Below, in pieces: positions 61,765-64,000 of a stretch of DNA of 64,000 nucleotides; positions within the stretch are counted from its first letter, which is position 1, and each line of letters opens with the position of its first letter. This stretch comes from an uncultured Planctomycetaceae bacterium (GTDB taxonomy: Bacteria > Planctomycetota > Planctomycetia > Planctomycetales > Planctomycetaceae), in the NCBI GenBank assembly GCA_963933195.1, contig CAWVUS010000001.1, forward strand, positions 9,079 to 73,078, read 5' to 3'. Under the pieces are notes generated by a model, which was given only the letters and a program-made list of their open reading frames with translations, was not told the DNA's origin and made no database searches. The translations under genes were made by a program, and so were the position numbers.

Positions 61765-62280
61765 ATGGCTGATGTACGTACGGGTGCCGTTACACTCAAG
61801 GGTGGTCCTGTTGATTTGGCCGGTCCGGCGTTGGCCGCCGGTTCCCCCGCCCCAGAATTCACACTCCAGAATTCAGAACTGGGTGACGTCACTCTTGCCG
61901 ACAGCGCCGGCAAGACTCGTATCATCGCCACGATACCGTCCCTGGATACTCCGGTCTGCCACGAGGAAACGAAGAAATTCAGCGACGCGGTCGGAAGTCT
62001 CGAGAACACCGAGGTGCTGGTTGTCAGCATGGATCTTCCGTTCGGCCAGAACCGTTGGTGTGGAGCCGAGGGAGTCGACAACGTGACGACCCTCAGCGGC
62101 CATCGCTGCACCGGCTTCGGAGAGGGCTATGGCGTGCTGATCGCCGGTGGCCCACTCGACCGGTGCCTGGCCCGCGCTATCTTCGTCGTCGATGGCGACG
62201 GCACGCTCACGCATGTCGAGTACGTGTCCGAAATCGCCGAACATCCCGACTACGACGCGGCCCTGGCCGCTGCCGGATAA
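61765..62280 (+). CDS. tpx: Thiol peroxidase
   Basis: AGGAG SD. APEFTLQNSELGDVTLAD, the peroxidatic Cys context IPSLDTPVC, SMDLPFGQNRWCGAEG, and RAIFVVD. Confidence 0.9.
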   Translation: MADVRTGAVTLKGGPVDLAGPALAAGSPAPEFTLQNSELGDVTLADSAGKTRIIATIPSLDTPVCHEETKKFSDAVGSLENTEVLVVSMDLPFGQNRWCGAEGVDNVTTLSGHRCTGFGEGYGVLIAGGPLDRCLARAIFVVDGDGTLTHVEYVSEIAEHPDYDAALAAAG

Positions 62281-62287
62281 CCACCGG

Positions 62288-63391
62288 TTATTCGAACAGC
62301 TGTCCCTGTTGCGAGCCGTCGGGTTCCCCGTCGAGCGTCAGGCCCATATGGGCGAGTGCCGCGGCGGTGATCATGCGCCCGCGCGGCGTCCTCTGAACGA
62401 ACCCGACTCGCAACAGGAACGGTTCGACCTCGTTCTCGATCGTTTCACCCGCGATATTCAGACTGTGCGCGACGGCCTGCATCCCGGCCGGCCCGCCACC
62501 AAAGACGGTCGCCAGGATCTGCAAGTACTTGCGATCAAGACTGTCCAGGCCCAGCTTGTCGACCTCAAGCATCTCGAGCGCCTCGGCGGCCAACGTGTCA
62601 GTGATTGCCGGATGACGACCGGCATCAGCAAAGTCGCGTGTCCACCGTAGTAAGTTATTGGCCTTACGAGGCACTCCCCGGCTACGCCGAGCGATGGCAA
62701 CCGCCGCTCCCTCCTCGATCTCGGCCCGCAATTTTTTCGCGTTGCGACGGATGATTTCGGTCACGTCATCGACTTCGTAGAAGTCCAGGTGCTCGCGATT
62801 GACAAAACGGTCTCTCAACGGCGCCGTCAACATGCCGCTCCGGGTCGTCGCACCGATCACGGTGAAAGGTTCCAGTGCCATGTTGAGCGTGCGAGCGTTG
62901 AGTCCTTCACCCAGCGTGATATCTATCCGAAAATCCTCCATCGCCGGATAAATGAACTCCTCGACTGTCGGTGGCAAACGGTGAATCTCGTCAATGAACA
63001 ACACCGAACCACGACCCGCGTTGGTGAGATAGGGCAGCAAGTCCTTGGGTGCACTCAGCGAGGGCCCCGAGGTAATCTGGACATCAACACCCAGTTCACG
63101 CGGGAGAACCGTTGCCAGGGTGGTTTTGCCGATTCCTGGTGGACCGTCCAGGAGCAGGTGTGAGAGTGGGTCGCCCCGCCTGCGAGCTGCCTCGAGAACG
63201 ATCCTGAGGCGTTCCACGACCTTCCGCTGCCCAACGACGTCATCAAGAGTCAGGGGCCGAAGGTGATCGTCGAGATGACCATCATCCGGGTCAAACCCCG
63301 CACCATTTTCTGACTCCGCAGGCATCCCCTCGAGTGGATCGGGAACCTCGTCACCGGGTTCAGGACCTCGTAGCACGGGATCTCGCGGCAT
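62288..63391 (-). CDS. ruvB: Holliday junction branch migration helicase RuvB
   Basis: LRPLTLDDVVGQ, Walker A GPPGIGKTTLA, Walker B LFIDEIHRL, GATTRSGMLTAPLRDRF, and a winged-helix C-terminus. It has a ~40-aa acidic N-terminal extension. The ATG shares one nucleotide with the upstream yebC-family stop (TGATG). Confidence 0.93.
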   Translation of the reverse strand: MPRDPVLRGPEPGDEVPDPLEGMPAESENGAGFDPDDGHLDDHLRPLTLDDVVGQRKVVERLRIVLEAARRRGDPLSHLLLDGPPGIGKTTLATVLPRELGVDVQITSGPSLSAPKDLLPYLTNAGRGSVLFIDEIHRLPPTVEEFIYPAMEDFRIDITLGEGLNARTLNMALEPFTVIGATTRSGMLTAPLRDRFVNREHLDFYEVDDVTEIIRRNAKKLRAEIEEGAAVAIARRSRGVPRKANNLLRWTRDFADAGRHPAITDTLAAEALEMLEVDKLGLDSLDRKYLQILATVFGGGPAGMQAVAHSLNIAGETIENEVEPFLLRVGFVQRTPRGRMITAAALAHMGLTLDGEPDGSQQGQLFE

Positions 63392-64000
63392 CAGCCGGCC
63401 ACCTCGGCCAGGATCTCATCGGGAATATTGAAATTCGCAGTGACACTCTGCATATCGTCCTGATCCTCGAGCGCCTCAAGCAGGTTCAAAACCTTCTTGC
63501 TATTGGACACGTCCAGATCCACGGTGTTTTGCGGCACGTGTGCGATCTCGGACACTTCCGTCGCGATCTCGGCTGCCTTCAGGGCACCGAGAACTCCCAG
63601 GTAGGACTCCACCGATGAAGTCACCTGGAACACCTCTCCCTCGTCCTGAACATCATCCGCACCGGCCTCAAGAGCCAACTCGAAGAGGGTCTCTTCGTCG
63701 GTCACTGACTTGGCAACCGTGAACAGCCCCTTGCGTTCAAACATCCACGAAACACAGCCGGTGCTGCCAAGATTCCCACCGGCAACCTCGAAGATTTTCC
63801 GGACTTCGCCCGCCGTACGATTTCGGTTGTCGGTCAACGCGACACACAGGACCGCGACGCCGGCAGCCCCGTACCCCTCGTAGACAATCTCGATAAAATT
63901 GTCGTCGCCGTCCGCTCCGCAGCCCTTCTGGACCGCCCGCTCGATGTTGTCCTTGGGCATACTCGCCTTGCGGGCCCGGTCAATGGCATACCGCAAAGTG
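63391..64000 (-). CDS. YebC/PmpR family DNA-binding protein, N-terminus beyond window end
   Basis: RYAIDRARKASMPKDNIERAVQKG..., YEGYGAAGVAVLCVALTDNRNRTAGEVR..., and C-terminal LLEALEDQDDMQSV are typical of the YebC family. The track Met at 63996 is internal, because the family N-terminus (HSKW...) is missing. Confidence 0.85.
   Translation of the reverse strand, partial: TLRYAIDRARKASMPKDNIERAVQKGCGADGDDNFIEIVYEGYGAAGVAVLCVALTDNRNRTAGEVRKIFEVAGGNLGSTGCVSWMFERKGLFTVAKSVTDEETLFELALEAGADDVQDEGEVFQVTSSVESYLGVLGALKAAEIATEVSEIAHVPQNTVDLDVSNSKKVLNLLEALEDQDDMQSVTANFNIPDEILAEVAG

Overview
This is a high-GC, very gene-dense chromosomal stretch. Hand-counted 60-nt lines give about 60% G+C. I call 54 protein-coding genes, two of them cut by the window edges. 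I found no rRNA, tRNA, CRISPR array, transposase, integrase or prophage signature.

The content is mostly single, scattered housekeeping genes: argC, greA, infC-rpmI-rplT-pheS, proA, ispA-dxs, gcvT, rnr, proS, recA, alaS, mnmG, tpx and yebC-ruvB. These are interleaved with families typically expanded in Planctomycetota:
- two PQQ-like beta-propellers
- an FHA-GAF-sigma54 activator
- a DUF1573 protein
- a sulfatase
- a xylose-isomerase-like TIM barrel paired with a Gfo/Idh/MocA oxidoreductase
- an HTH-REC response regulator

From this I infer a planctomycete core-chromosome region, not an accessory island.

I could not identify a convincing self-contained novel system. There are no defence, toxin or mobile hallmarks. 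The best leads, all moderate, are:
1. A tightly packed DUF1573 / membrane-anchored tetrahaem cytochrome fusion / DUF971 / CYTH gene string at 46.0-49.8 kb.
2. The FHA-GAF-sigma54 activator locus at 5-11 kb. It has two flanking paralogous propeller genes, a 516-nt non-coding spacer, a small acidic ORF and a tandem zinc-ribbon protein.
3. A lower-GC gene at 17.3 kb for a coiled-coil plus winged-helix, nucleoid-protein-like product.
4. An HTH-REC regulator / sensor-less kinase / NhaC string at 56.5-59.7 kb.

All functional calls come from motif recognition by eye, not from database searches. Many start codons in the supplied ORF track are upstream over-extensions, and I re-placed them.
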